Shown here: piece by piece, positions 19,571-30,375 of the stretch
Position numbering within the stretch: position 1 is the stretch's first letter
Layout: each line of letters begins with the position of its first letter
NCBI GenBank assembly: GCA_965214875.1
Contig: OZ243980.1
Location: forward strand, 984,009 to 1,048,008
Source of the DNA: Arenicellales bacterium
Lineage (GTDB): Bacteria > Pseudomonadota > Gammaproteobacteria > Arenicellales > JAJDZL01
Direction: 5' to 3'
Length of the DNA stretch: 64,000 nucleotides
The notes under the pieces: model-generated
What the model was told of the DNA's origin: nothing
Databases searched by the model: none
The model's input: the letters and a program-made list of their open reading frames with translations, nothing else
Made by a program: the position numbers and the translations under genes

Positions 19571-21301
19571 ATGGAACTGACAGGTGCTGACATAATCGTC
19601 AGATGTCTCCGCGACGAAGGTGTCAAGTACATCTTCGGCTACCCTGGCGGTGCCGCACTGCATATCTATGACGCACTTTACAAGCAGGATGATGTGCGGC
19701 ATATCCTGGTCCGGCACGAACAAGGTGCTGCGCATGCAGCAGATGGCTACGCAAGAGTTACCGGCGAGCCCGGCGTGGTTTTAGTCACGTCCGGGCCTGG
19801 CGTGACCAATACGATTACCGGCGTAGCGACAGCGCACATGGACTCAATCCCCATGGTCATTATTTCAGGGCAGGTTCCAACGCATCTGATTGGCGATGAT
19901 GCCTTTCAGGAGGTGGATGCGCTCGGAGTGAGCCGGCCTTGCGTTAAGCACAGCTTTCTGGTTACCGATGTGCGCGAGCTCGCCACGACCATCAAAAAAG
20001 CGTTCTATATAGCCAGTACCGGACGGCCAGGCCCTGTATTCGTCGATGTGCCGAAAGATGTGACGGCGCATAAAGCCGAGTACATCTATCCCAAGTCGAT
20101 TTCGATGCGTTCGTACAACCCGACCATCAAAGGACATCAGCGGCAGATCAAGAACGCTGCCGAACTGCTGCTGCAAGCTCGGAGACCGGTGGTCTATGCC
20201 GGCGGAGGCGTGATCATGTCGGGAGGCGAAACACAGTTGCGCGAACTAGTCCGGATGCTGAAGTTTCCTTGCACCAACACGCTGATGGGCTTGGGGGCCT
20301 TTCCCGCAACTGATGACTTGTTCATCGGCATGCTGGGCATGCATGGGACCTACGAAGCTAACATGGCGATGCATGACTGCGATGTCATGCTGGCAGTCGG
20401 AGCCAGGTTTGATGACAGAATCACAGGAGAACTAGCCAAGTTCGCTCCATATGCGAAGATCATTCACATCGACATCGATCCCTCCTCTATCGGCAAGAAC
20501 GTCAAGGTGACGATTCCGATCGTCGGCGATGCCAAGCACGTGCTTGCGGCTCTCGTCAAGGCGATCAACAGCTCGAGTTCGAAGCCGGACGCTTCGCGCA
20601 TTGCGGCATGGTGGAAGCAGATTGAAGCGTGGCGCTCGGTCGAATCGTTGTCGTACGATCGCCAAAGCGACCTCATCAAGCCTCAATTTGTGCTGGAAAA
20701 ACTCTACGAAGTGACCGGCGGCGACGCGTTCGTGACATCGGATGTCGGACAGCACCAGATGTGGGCAGCTCAACACTATCCCTTCGACAAGACGAGGCGC
20801 TGGGTCAATTCCGGCGGTCTCGGCACCATGGGCTTCGGGCTGCCAGCCGCGATGGGAGTGCAGCTTGCCTATCCCGATGCCACAGTTGCATGCGTTACCG
20901 GAGAGGCTAGCATCATCATGTGCATCCAGGAGCTGTCGACCTGCCAGCAGTACAGCCTGCCGATCAAGATCATCAATCTGAACAATCGCTACATGGGAAT
21001 GGTTCGGCAGTGGCAGGAGTTTTTCTATGATCGGCGGTACTCGCACTCCTACATGGATGCACTGCCGAACTTCGTCGACCTTGCCAAAAGCTTCGGGCAT
21101 ACCGGCATGAAGATCGAACAGCCCTCGGAGGTGGAAGACGCATTGAAAGAGGCGATGCAAATGAAAGACGAGCTGGTGTTCATGGATTTCATTACCGATC
21201 AGAACGAAAACGTCTATCCGATGATTGCGGCTGGTAGCGGGCACAACGAGATGCACTTGAGCCCGAACGGCAGCGCTCCGCTTGAACGGGAGCTCGCATA
21301 A
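19571..21301 (+). CDS. ilvI: Acetolactate synthase large subunit
   Basis: Has ThDP-enzyme blocks GYPGGAALHIYDAL, GPGVTNTITGVATAHMDSIPMV and GGLGTMGFGLPAAMG, and is followed by ilvH and ilvC. A GTG at 19565 is an alternative start. Confidence 0.95.
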   Translation: MELTGADIIVRCLRDEGVKYIFGYPGGAALHIYDALYKQDDVRHILVRHEQGAAHAADGYARVTGEPGVVLVTSGPGVTNTITGVATAHMDSIPMVIISGQVPTHLIGDDAFQEVDALGVSRPCVKHSFLVTDVRELATTIKKAFYIASTGRPGPVFVDVPKDVTAHKAEYIYPKSISMRSYNPTIKGHQRQIKNAAELLLQARRPVVYAGGGVIMSGGETQLRELVRMLKFPCTNTLMGLGAFPATDDLFIGMLGMHGTYEANMAMHDCDVMLAVGARFDDRITGELAKFAPYAKIIHIDIDPSSIGKNVKVTIPIVGDAKHVLAALVKAINSSSSKPDASRIAAWWKQIEAWRSVESLSYDRQSDLIKPQFVLEKLYEVTGGDAFVTSDVGQHQMWAAQHYPFDKTRRWVNSGGLGTMGFGLPAAMGVQLAYPDATVACVTGEASIIMCIQELSTCQQYSLPIKIINLNNRYMGMVRQWQEFFYDRRYSHSYMDALPNFVDLAKSFGHTGMKIEQPSEVEDALKEAMQMKDELVFMDFITDQNENVYPMIAAGSGHNEMHLSPNGSAPLERELA

Positions 21302-22876
<1,575 letters not shown>

Positions 22877-22877
<1 letters not shown>

Positions 22878-23506
22878 TGTTTTTTGTCGCTCGCGAAGGA
22901 ATTCCCTTCGTCGCGGTCTCGCTCCTGGCGGCCGGCATCGTGCATGTGTCAGCCGGAGCATTTTGGGCGATTCCTCTTTGGTTGATCTGCGCTTTTGTAG
23001 TGCAGTTCTTCAGAGAGCCTAAGCGCTCGATTCCTTCAGTCCCGGGGGGAATCGTTTCGCCGGCGGATGGCAAAGTGGTTTCTATCGTCGATACGGCCAA
23101 TCCCTATACCGGCGAGCCTTCGCGGCGTGTCGCCATATTCTTGAATGTTTTCAACGTGCACTCCAATCGCGCACCGGTTGCAGGCGAAATCAAGTTTCGG
23201 GAGTATCGTGCTGGAAAATTCTTCAATGCGGCGCTAGATAAGGCATCAGACAATAATGAGCGCAATGCCGTTACCATCCGAACCGACAACCACACCGATG
23301 TGACATGCGTACAGGTAGCCGGCTTGATCGCCAGGCGAATTCTGTGCTACGTCGATAAAGGCGATCAGGTTGCGCTTGGTCAGAAGTACGGCTTTATACG
23401 ATTCGGCTCTAGAGTGGAGCTGTTCTTGCCGGTTGAAAGTCAGATCAGTGTAGGTGTGGGCGATAAAGTTAAAGGAGGATCAGATCTGATCGGCACTATA
23501 GGTTGA
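22877..23506 (+). CDS. psd: Phosphatidylserine decarboxylase, short form
   Basis: About 210 aa, with a FGSRVELFLP block containing a GS autocleavage-type site. The ATG at 22877 overlaps the ilvC stop (TGATG). Confidence 0.8.
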
Positions 23507-23848
23507 AGGCGTAGTCTTGCATCGAGTCGATGCTGGAAAGTGCGACCATATTGATCATATACAGTTCTCCAAACAACACCGGTTTTGATCAGTTCATCTA
23601 CGAAAACACGGGCCTGCGGGAAGGAGCAGATCGAAATTGCAAGGCATGAAAGAAGATTTAGACGGATTCAATGAAGTCTAATGGCGGTTGTTGCACGGCG
23701 GTAGAACGAATTGCCTGCTTCAAGATCAGCAGAGATGCTCAACAGGCTGCGGCAAGCTAATGGATAGCAAGATATATGCTCTTCGGAAGATTGCAAAAAA
23801 CCGATCGGCCGTTTCTGTCCGTAACACTCGCAGCGCAAGAATTATCTG

Positions 23849-24664
23849 ATGCAAGATAGATCGAAACACCGCGGAATCTATGTTTTGCCGAATCTGTTGA
23901 CGACAGGGGCGCTGTTTTTCGGCTTTTTCGCAATCATTCAAGCCACATACGGCAACTTCGGATATTCCGCTATCGCTATCCTGATTGCTTTGGTTCTGGA
24001 TGGGCTCGATGGCCGTGTCGCACGACTGACGAAGACGACTAGCGACTTTGGAAAAGAATATGACAGCCTCTCCGACGTGATTTGTTTCGGTTTGGCGCCT
24101 GCGCTCGTAGTCTTTGAATGGTCGATATCCAACTTAGGCAAGATAGGCTGGCTTTGCGCATTTCTCTATGTAGCATCGACCGCCCTTCGCTTAGCGCGGT
24201 TCAACACCTTGTCCGTGCCTCCAGGATATTTCCAAGGCATGCCTTGCCCGCCGGCCGCAGGACTTCTGGTTACGTGGATGTGGGTCATGCATAACGCGCA
24301 GCTGGGCGGCAACAGCGTTGTGATCGTTTCCACAGCTGTGCTGGTAGCGTGCCTATCTTCGCTAATGGTCAGCAGCGTACCCTTTTTGAGCTTCAAAGAA
24401 TTCGATCTAAAAGGCAAGATTCCGTTTGTTGCTGCGATTGCGATGGTTCTGGTGATCATTCTGATTTCGTTTGATCCGCCTCGCATGCTTTTTGCGGCGG
24501 CTTTGGCTTATGCGCTCTCGGGCCCAGTGATGTGGGCGTTCAAAAAAGGCCGAAAAAACCGCGTTTCGACATCTTTTTTTGAAGATGACCATGGCCTAGA
24601 TCCATCGAAAGGGATCAGTTTCGCTGATAAGGCGGAAAAATCAGAAGGCGAACTGAAGCATTGA
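23849..24664 (+). CDS. pssA: CDP-diacylglycerol--serine O-phosphatidyltransferase
   Basis: Has the CDP-alcohol phosphatidyltransferase motif DGLDGRVARLTKTTSDFGKEYDSLSDV and is a multi-TM protein. Confidence 0.9.
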   Translation: MQDRSKHRGIYVLPNLLTTGALFFGFFAIIQATYGNFGYSAIAILIALVLDGLDGRVARLTKTTSDFGKEYDSLSDVICFGLAPALVVFEWSISNLGKIGWLCAFLYVASTALRLARFNTLSVPPGYFQGMPCPPAAGLLVTWMWVMHNAQLGGNSVVIVSTAVLVACLSSLMVSSVPFLSFKEFDLKGKIPFVAAIAMVLVIILISFDPPRMLFAAALAYALSGPVMWAFKKGRKNRVSTSFFEDDHGLDPSKGISFADKAEKSEGELKH

Positions 24665-24667
24665 ACT

Positions 24668-24741
24668 GGTTGCGGTCGAAAAAACCGTCCGCAACCTGCA
24701 ACGCCGATAGCTTGATTTTTCGAAGAACGGGTGTTCTTCGA
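24668..24741. terminator. Two perfect hairpins between convergent pssA and glnN (possible bidirectional terminators)
   Basis: GGTTGCGG-N13-CCGCAACC lies at 24668-24696 and TCGAAGAAC-GGGT-GTTCTTCGA at 24720-24741. Neither is followed by a canonical U-tract on either strand, so the terminator function is tentative. Confidence 0.35.
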
Positions 24742-24760
24742 TCCGATAGCCAACCCCCTG

Positions 24761-26854
24761 CTACTGATGGTCGTGCAACATTTCAGAGTAGGTCGGCAAA
24801 GGCCATAAGCCTTGGTCAACCAAGATCTCCAGCCGATCAGCCGTAGTCCTCGCGGTCAGCATCAGGGGCTTGATTGTCTCTTGCGCATAGAATGCCGCTT
24901 TGCCTGGGTCATCCTCTGGAAACGCATCGAACCCTTCTGCCAAAGCGTCGGTTTCCGTCAGGAGCTGCTGAACAAGCGATTGCTTTTCGTCGAATAGAGC
25001 CGACTCAAAACCTGAATTGCTCGAATTCAAGGAATCTTCGATGACTGTCGGAATCACGAGTGTGCGCAGCATCTGCAGCATGGCGCGCGCCTCCATCTGA
25101 ATCTCTGTCGCAAAGGCTTCCTGCAGAACCACCTTTCGCGCATTGACCTCGCGCTCATTGAGCAAGTTCAATTCTGCGAACAACTTCAGATTCTTTTCTG
25201 CCGTCAACTGCTCATAAGCTTCTGGACTGCTTTTCAGGTGAAACAGTTTGTTTCGTTCTGCGAATTCATACAGCTCGTCGGAGTAGCCATTGCCGCTGAA
25301 CAGTGCTCCTTCGTTCTCGCGCAATGTTTCGCGTATCACGGTATCGGCATCCTTGCCGGAGTCGATTTCCGCGCACATGTGCCTGACACTTTCTGCCATC
25401 GCGGCATTTACCATTGCAAGCGGGAATGCAATATGCTGGTTTCCGCCTACCGCACGAAATTCGAAACGGTTTCCGCACCAGGGAAATGGCGCAGTCCGAT
25501 TCCGATCTTCAAGATTGGCACTGATGTCCGGAACCGGGGCGATAACTTCAACAATGCGCCCCTTGTCGCCGTATCCGGTCATTGCGCCGCCATTCGCAAC
25601 GCTTTTCAGATGCGATTCCAGGACTTTGCCAACGTGAAGCGTGATGATTGCCGGAGGCGCTTCCTGCGCACCGAGACGGTGGTCATTCCCGGCTGTCGAT
25701 ACGCCGCAACGCAAAAGGTCTCCGTGCTGGTTGACGGCACGCAGCAACGCGGCAACAAAGGCCACGAATCGGCGGTTTTCGAATTCTGTTTTCCCGGGAA
25801 CAAACAGATTGGCACCTTCTTTGGTGTTTAATCCCCAGTTGTTGTGCTTGCCGGTGCCGTTGATTCCGGCAAAAGGCTTTTCGTGATAGAGAATCGCGAA
25901 ATCGTGGTCGAACGCCAAATCCTTGAGCACTTCCATGGCCAGGACATTGCTGTCAGCGGCCTGATTGGCAAGCGTGAAAACCGGAGATATCTCATGCTGT
26001 GCCGGGGCCACTTCATTGTGGGTGCAGTGAATCGATATGCCAAGCTGCCACATGATTTCGCGGGCTTCAGCGATGTAGCGATTGATTCGCGGTGCCGGCT
26101 TGGAAAAGTAGTTGGTCGATTGTTCCTGTCCCCTCAACGGCGCTGCTCCCAGCAGTGTGCGTCCGGTCGCAACGAGGTCTGGTCTGGCCAGGTACTTGCT
26201 TCGATCGATCAGGAAAAATTCTTGTTCCCACCCGACGTTGCACAGCACTTCTGTGGTTTCGGTATCGCCGAGGTGCTCAAGCAGTCTGAGGCTTTGCTCA
26301 TTTAGTGCCATGGAAGCGCGTAGCAAAGGTGTTTTCTGATCCAGCGCCTCGCCGGTCCAAGATACGAACGCTGAAGGGATGTACAGCGTATCCCGGTATA
26401 CGAAAGGGGGCGAGCCGGTGTCCCAGCCCATATAGGCCGCCGCTTCGTGGGTGTCGCGCAAGCCTCCGTTGGGAAAAGAGGAGCCGTCCGTTTCAGTTTG
26501 AAACAGTTCCGAACCGGAAAGCTTTACTACCAGCTTATTGGTGCTGAAATCGATATTGACGAAGGTTTCGAGCTTTTCGCCGTGGATTGGTCCTCGCATG
26601 GGCGAAAACCAGTGAGAGTATCCGATGCAGCCTTTCGATTGAGCCCACTCGCGGATGCATACAGCAAGTTCGTCGGCATCGTGCTTATCCATTCGGACTC
26701 CGGTGGCTCGACATCGTGCGAACGCGTAGTAGATATCCGGGTCGACAATCTTCTTCAAGATTGCGTCGTCTAACACGTGATAGTTAATCTTTGCCAGGGC
26801 CGGAGGCAGTGCAATGTCTTGTTTCGGCGCATCATGCGTGGTGTGCATTTTCAT
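24761..26854 (-). CDS. glnN: Glutamine synthetase, type III
   Basis: At 697 aa it is much longer than GSI. It carries the blocks NVGWEQEFFLID, HNEVAPAQHE, HEKPFAGINGTGKHNNWG and NDHRLGAQEAPPA. Confidence 0.85.
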   Translation of the reverse strand: MKMHTTHDAPKQDIALPPALAKINYHVLDDAILKKIVDPDIYYAFARCRATGVRMDKHDADELAVCIREWAQSKGCIGYSHWFSPMRGPIHGEKLETFVNIDFSTNKLVVKLSGSELFQTETDGSSFPNGGLRDTHEAAAYMGWDTGSPPFVYRDTLYIPSAFVSWTGEALDQKTPLLRASMALNEQSLRLLEHLGDTETTEVLCNVGWEQEFFLIDRSKYLARPDLVATGRTLLGAAPLRGQEQSTNYFSKPAPRINRYIAEAREIMWQLGISIHCTHNEVAPAQHEISPVFTLANQAADSNVLAMEVLKDLAFDHDFAILYHEKPFAGINGTGKHNNWGLNTKEGANLFVPGKTEFENRRFVAFVAALLRAVNQHGDLLRCGVSTAGNDHRLGAQEAPPAIITLHVGKVLESHLKSVANGGAMTGYGDKGRIVEVIAPVPDISANLEDRNRTAPFPWCGNRFEFRAVGGNQHIAFPLAMVNAAMAESVRHMCAEIDSGKDADTVIRETLRENEGALFSGNGYSDELYEFAERNKLFHLKSSPEAYEQLTAEKNLKLFAELNLLNEREVNARKVVLQEAFATEIQMEARAMLQMLRTLVIPTVIEDSLNSSNSGFESALFDEKQSLVQQLLTETDALAEGFDAFPEDDPGKAAFYAQETIKPLMLTARTTADRLEILVDQGLWPLPTYSEMLHDHQ

Positions 26855-27288
26855 ACCAGAAAAACTCCTTTGGCAGTTTGCAGTCGTTATGCCGTTTTGT
26901 AAATTGCTTAGTTACTTCGTTTTCGCAAGTTGCGTCAAATTGGTGGATATCAATTCAAATCAGAGCAAATCCCAGGACCAAGGACGAAAACAATAGTTCG
27001 AAGAAGCACTTGTATTAATTTTCCGAGTCGGGCCGGTAAAGTCCACGACCAAAAAAGCCATGAGCCAATTTGTTGTCAGCAAATGGCGCCGAACTCGGAA
27101 GCGTTTGATTTCGTATTCATCTAATTGTGATTATATGCTAGCAATTCGCCTTGCAGGCGCACTATTTCTTCATCATAAAATTGAATGGAATTAAATGCTT
27201 ATGCTTTTATGGCGGTTTGGATCTATATTTGCGAACGGTATGCCTTCGATTGGACCGTGAATGGCCAAAGGCTTTGCCAGAAGAAAGT

Positions 27289-27396
27289 TGTGTGACGCTC
27301 GGCGAGAGGTTGACGGGTGCCAGTTTGTTCGACGCAATGCTTGCAGGAGCGGAAAAACGACCATGGCGTGCAATTGGAACTGTCAATGCTTTGTAG
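27289..27396 (+). repeat. Gene fragment, paralogous to 30226-30375 (copy 1)
   Basis: Encodes ...LGERLTGASLFDAMLAGAEKRPWRAIGTVNAL*. An 18-nt core, GACGCAATGCTTGCAGGA (27331-27348), is identical to 30273-30290, and the flanking codons are similar. Confidence 0.5.
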
Positions 27397-27640
27397 AAAC
27401 TAAATTCATTAGTGATTGATATTATGTATTTTCTAAAGTTGATAACGGCCCCGTGGCGCAGGGTTCGAAGACTTATAAGGCTCGAAACAAGATTGCTGCA
27501 GTTGTCAATTTGCGGGCAATTGAATTAATTTTGAGGGAGTGATATATTGGATTTTCGTCGCAATTGCGCCCGTTCTGGTTCTCGTGGGCGCGTAGGCAAA
27601 TTGCATTTTCTTAGAAAGCATCACTCAGGCAGCGCGGAAG

Positions 27641-29050
27641 ATGGGCAATAGAACTGCAACCCGCCATTCGGTCCGTCCGGCGGATTTCGATGATTTTGCA
27701 ACGATAACGAGGGATAAGGACCCGCCACCCTATTTTGCCGGTCGCGAGAATGTTGTGGCGGATATCGAGAACGCTTGTGCGGCAAGTTGGGCGAGGCATG
27801 TCTCAGGAAGCGCTCAGCATAGCGCGACAACGCGGGTTGTCTACGGTGCTCCAGGAGCGGGCAAGAGTTCGCTGCTGCGACATCTTGAGGAGCGCTGGGC
27901 GAACGGCGACTTTGTTACATTGGAGGCTGGAGGCAGTGTCCGTGCCCAGCCGGTTCCGAGAATGTTTTACCTCCAGGGCGGCTGGCTGTCCACCTGTCCA
28001 GAGTTTATCTTGAGAAATACCGCCGAATTGGTGGACCCCAGCTCGAAGTCGCACTTTCTTCGACTGGTTACTGAGACCGGCTATAGAGAAGGTTCGGTAA
28101 GCGGCGGCATGATCAAGGGAAATGCCGGAAGGAGTAGAACTGAGCAACATTTTCCGCTGACCCTTGGTCTTGAAACTCTCGCCAGATTATTGCCGCGAGA
28201 AAAGTGGAGATTTCCGGTGGTGATTGGTATTGATGAGGCGCAGAACGCCACTGGCGACCGCGATTCACCGATGGGAAAGTTGCTTCAAGAGTTTCACGAC
28301 AACAATTATGATTTACCCCTGACGGTTGTGCTGAGCGGACTTTCTGACACCGAAGTGCGGGCGAACGACTTGGGTCTTACTCGGCTTTCGCGCAACTTCG
28401 TGCATGCTCTTGATTGCCTTACGAGCGATGAGATGGATGAGCTTAAACATGGATTTTGCGAGCATTACGGGATATCTCTGAACACGCGTGAAGCAGAGTT
28501 CGACGCGTTGCTTGCGGGCACCGAAGGCTGGCCATCGCATATCGCTAACTGCCTTACTTCGTTCGCAAAGATTTATCGGCAGTGCGGCTGTGACACGAGC
28601 AGGGTCGACTTTAAGGAGGTTGAACGCGACAGCCTAGATGCCCGTCGCCAGTACTATCGTAGCCGCCTGAGTCCGGTGTTGCGCATTTCAGGCCAACTTT
28701 TGGCAATGCTAGTTCGAGAGATTGACGACGGCTGTAGCCCAAGTCAAGCGATTTCAATCATCAGGAAATTGAGTGAAAAAGGTGAACGCACCAGAATTGT
28801 TGAACAGGAACTACCCGATGAAATGAATGCTCGCGATTATTACGCTGAACTGATTCACCAAGGCATACTTCAGGAATACAGCGACGGTGTTGCTCGGTGT
28901 CCTATTCCAAGTTTTCGCAGGTATATTATTAAGCAGTATCCTGTGGAATTGCCGCAAACGCATTCGCGCGACACTCTAAGCGGTTGCGGGTCGGGATGGG
29001 CCGGCCATATCGGCAATAAGATTGATTCCGACAAGGCACCTTTGCATTAG
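27641..29050 (+). CDS. Orphan P-loop NTPase, STAND/AAA_16-like
   Basis: Has a FAGRENVVADIENA prelude, Walker A GAPGAGKSSLL, Walker B FPVVIGIDEAQN, and a TEGWPSHI sensor-like block, with a ~170-aa helical C-terminus. GGAAG lies upstream of the ATG. No effector domain was recognised. Confidence 0.6.
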   Translation: MGNRTATRHSVRPADFDDFATITRDKDPPPYFAGRENVVADIENACAASWARHVSGSAQHSATTRVVYGAPGAGKSSLLRHLEERWANGDFVTLEAGGSVRAQPVPRMFYLQGGWLSTCPEFILRNTAELVDPSSKSHFLRLVTETGYREGSVSGGMIKGNAGRSRTEQHFPLTLGLETLARLLPREKWRFPVVIGIDEAQNATGDRDSPMGKLLQEFHDNNYDLPLTVVLSGLSDTEVRANDLGLTRLSRNFVHALDCLTSDEMDELKHGFCEHYGISLNTREAEFDALLAGTEGWPSHIANCLTSFAKIYRQCGCDTSRVDFKEVERDSLDARRQYYRSRLSPVLRISGQLLAMLVREIDDGCSPSQAISIIRKLSEKGERTRIVEQELPDEMNARDYYAELIHQGILQEYSDGVARCPIPSFRRYIIKQYPVELPQTHSRDTLSGCGSGWAGHIGNKIDSDKAPLH

Positions 29051-29367
29051 TCGTTTACCGATGAAATGTTTTCCGCGGCAGGCAGGACATGATTCGAGAA
29101 AAGATATGGCGCTTCTGATTGATGATTGCTCTGGTCGGAGGGAACCCGATATTCGGGCTACTCTGAAATAAAGGATACTCTACAACACGTTTTTATCACC
29201 TGATAATCAATCAGGTACAGAATTTATTTCTGGGCGACCTGCGGACGCTAGTGAGAGCGGGTTTAAGGGAGATTGCAGCCGAGAGTTAAATATAGTCTTG
29301 ACTGCCTGACAATCCATCCAATCCATCCTTTGGCATTGAGTGATTTGCTTGATGAGGAAACCAGCAA

Positions 29368-29883
29368 ATGTTGCTGAAGCATGGGCTTAGGCCTATAGTT
29401 GATGAAAGTCGCGGATCTTGATTTAGGTTCACTACCAGGTGATACCTCACTGGAGATGAGCGAATACTGTGCGAACCCTCGCAACCATTTCTGGCGGATA
29501 CCGTCTTGCGTCTATAGCGAACCAATTAAAGACGATTACGAATCGAAACTAGCGTTTCTCCGCAAACACAGAATCGCACTTTGAGATGTTTTGAAAGAAG
29601 CTGAGAGGCGAGAAAGCCTCGATTCGAATATACGATCTCACATCGTCAACCCCTTCGATAGCCTGATCCGGAAAAAACACCCGCCGATCCGGGCAATCGG
29701 ATTAAACGGCACGAAGGCTTGGTGCCTATTCAACCGGTATTGGCTCAGGAATCCCATTTTCAATGCAAGCGCGGTATGCCGGCGTGTTGCCTTCCGTCTT
29801 CAAGCCCGACCCCAGGCAAGAATGTCAAATCATTCGAGGAAAAGGTAGAGTGTTGGCAAGAATTCCTGTCGCTTATCGATTAG
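29368..29883 (+). pseudogene. Decayed DNA-deoxyinosine (hypoxanthine) glycosylase-like gene
   Basis: Family-like blocks are spread over two frames. GLRPIVDES is in the frame of ATG 29368. LGSLPG, NPRNHFWRI, HRIAL*DV, SLDSNI and IRAIGLNGTKA are in the frame of 29399. LPSSSPTPGKNVKSFEEKVECWQEFL is back in the first frame, ending at 29883. An in-frame TGA at 29582-29584 sits where homologues have Trp (ALWDV). Confidence 0.6.
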
Positions 29884-30225
29884 CACCATCGGGTCAATTG
29901 CTCATGAATCCAAGCCGGACGCAGATTTAGCGAGAGATTTATATGTCAAGCAATTTGACATGACAGAAGCGACTTCAGGGACCACCAGCATAGTTGCGGC
30001 GTAATCAAAGTGCACCTTATTCATTTAGACATCTCCAAAAATACACACTTCCAAGCATAATTGAACAATCTATCACATCTACACGCTTAACACCCGCACG
30101 AACATGGGTTCTTGTTTGTTGCATGCAGGTAGGACTTCGAGCATTGGAGCAATAATGCTGGATAAAATCAGTCGCATTTGCTGAAGGTTGTGAAGCACAG
30201 AACGATACTATCGTGCTGTGCGATA

Positions 30226-30375
30226 GGGAAGTTGCACGGCAATTGTCTGAGCGGGTGGATGCCTATTCAATTGACGCAATGCTTGCAGGAACGGCGACTT
30301 GACCGCGATGTTATTGCGGTTGGCAAACATGATGAGGACCGAAAAACAGGCTCGCAGTTGCTAATCCATAGATCA
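30226..30375 (+). repeat. Gene fragment, paralogous to 27289-27396 (copy 2), abutting the IS end
   Basis: Encodes EVARQLSERVDAYSIDAMLAGTAT*. After a frameshift it reads RRLDRDVIAVGK, compared with RPWRAIGT in copy 1. It ends exactly at the left inverted repeat of the IS relic. Confidence 0.5.

Noticed and set aside
23507-23848. A 342-bp gap between psd and pssA, examined for a small gene or RNA.
   Set aside because: It contains only an 11-codon ORF and no convincing hairpin or motif. Nothing in it is supportable from sequence alone.
26855-27150. A search for a sigma54 (TGGCAC-N5-TTGC) promoter upstream of glnN.
   Set aside because: The closest strings (for example the reverse complement of AGCAAATCCCAGGACCA, and TTGGCAGTTTGCA) have the wrong GG-GC spacing. 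No supportable site was found.
27440-27500. A tRNA-like string, CCGTGGCGCAGGGTTCGAAGAC, which could be a tRNA gene or a tRNA-derived att remnant next to the islet.
   Set aside because: No cloverleaf can be drawn, there is no GGTTCGAATCC T-loop with a matching acceptor stem, and no CCA-proximal arm. The resemblance is limited to a few bases.
29582-29584. The TGA at a conserved Trp position, considered as evidence for TGA-to-Trp recoding or an alternative genetic code.
   Set aside because: The same gene also needs two frameshifts to be read. All other genes in the window terminate normally at TGA (for example pssA and ilvC). Simple pseudogenisation is the better explanation.
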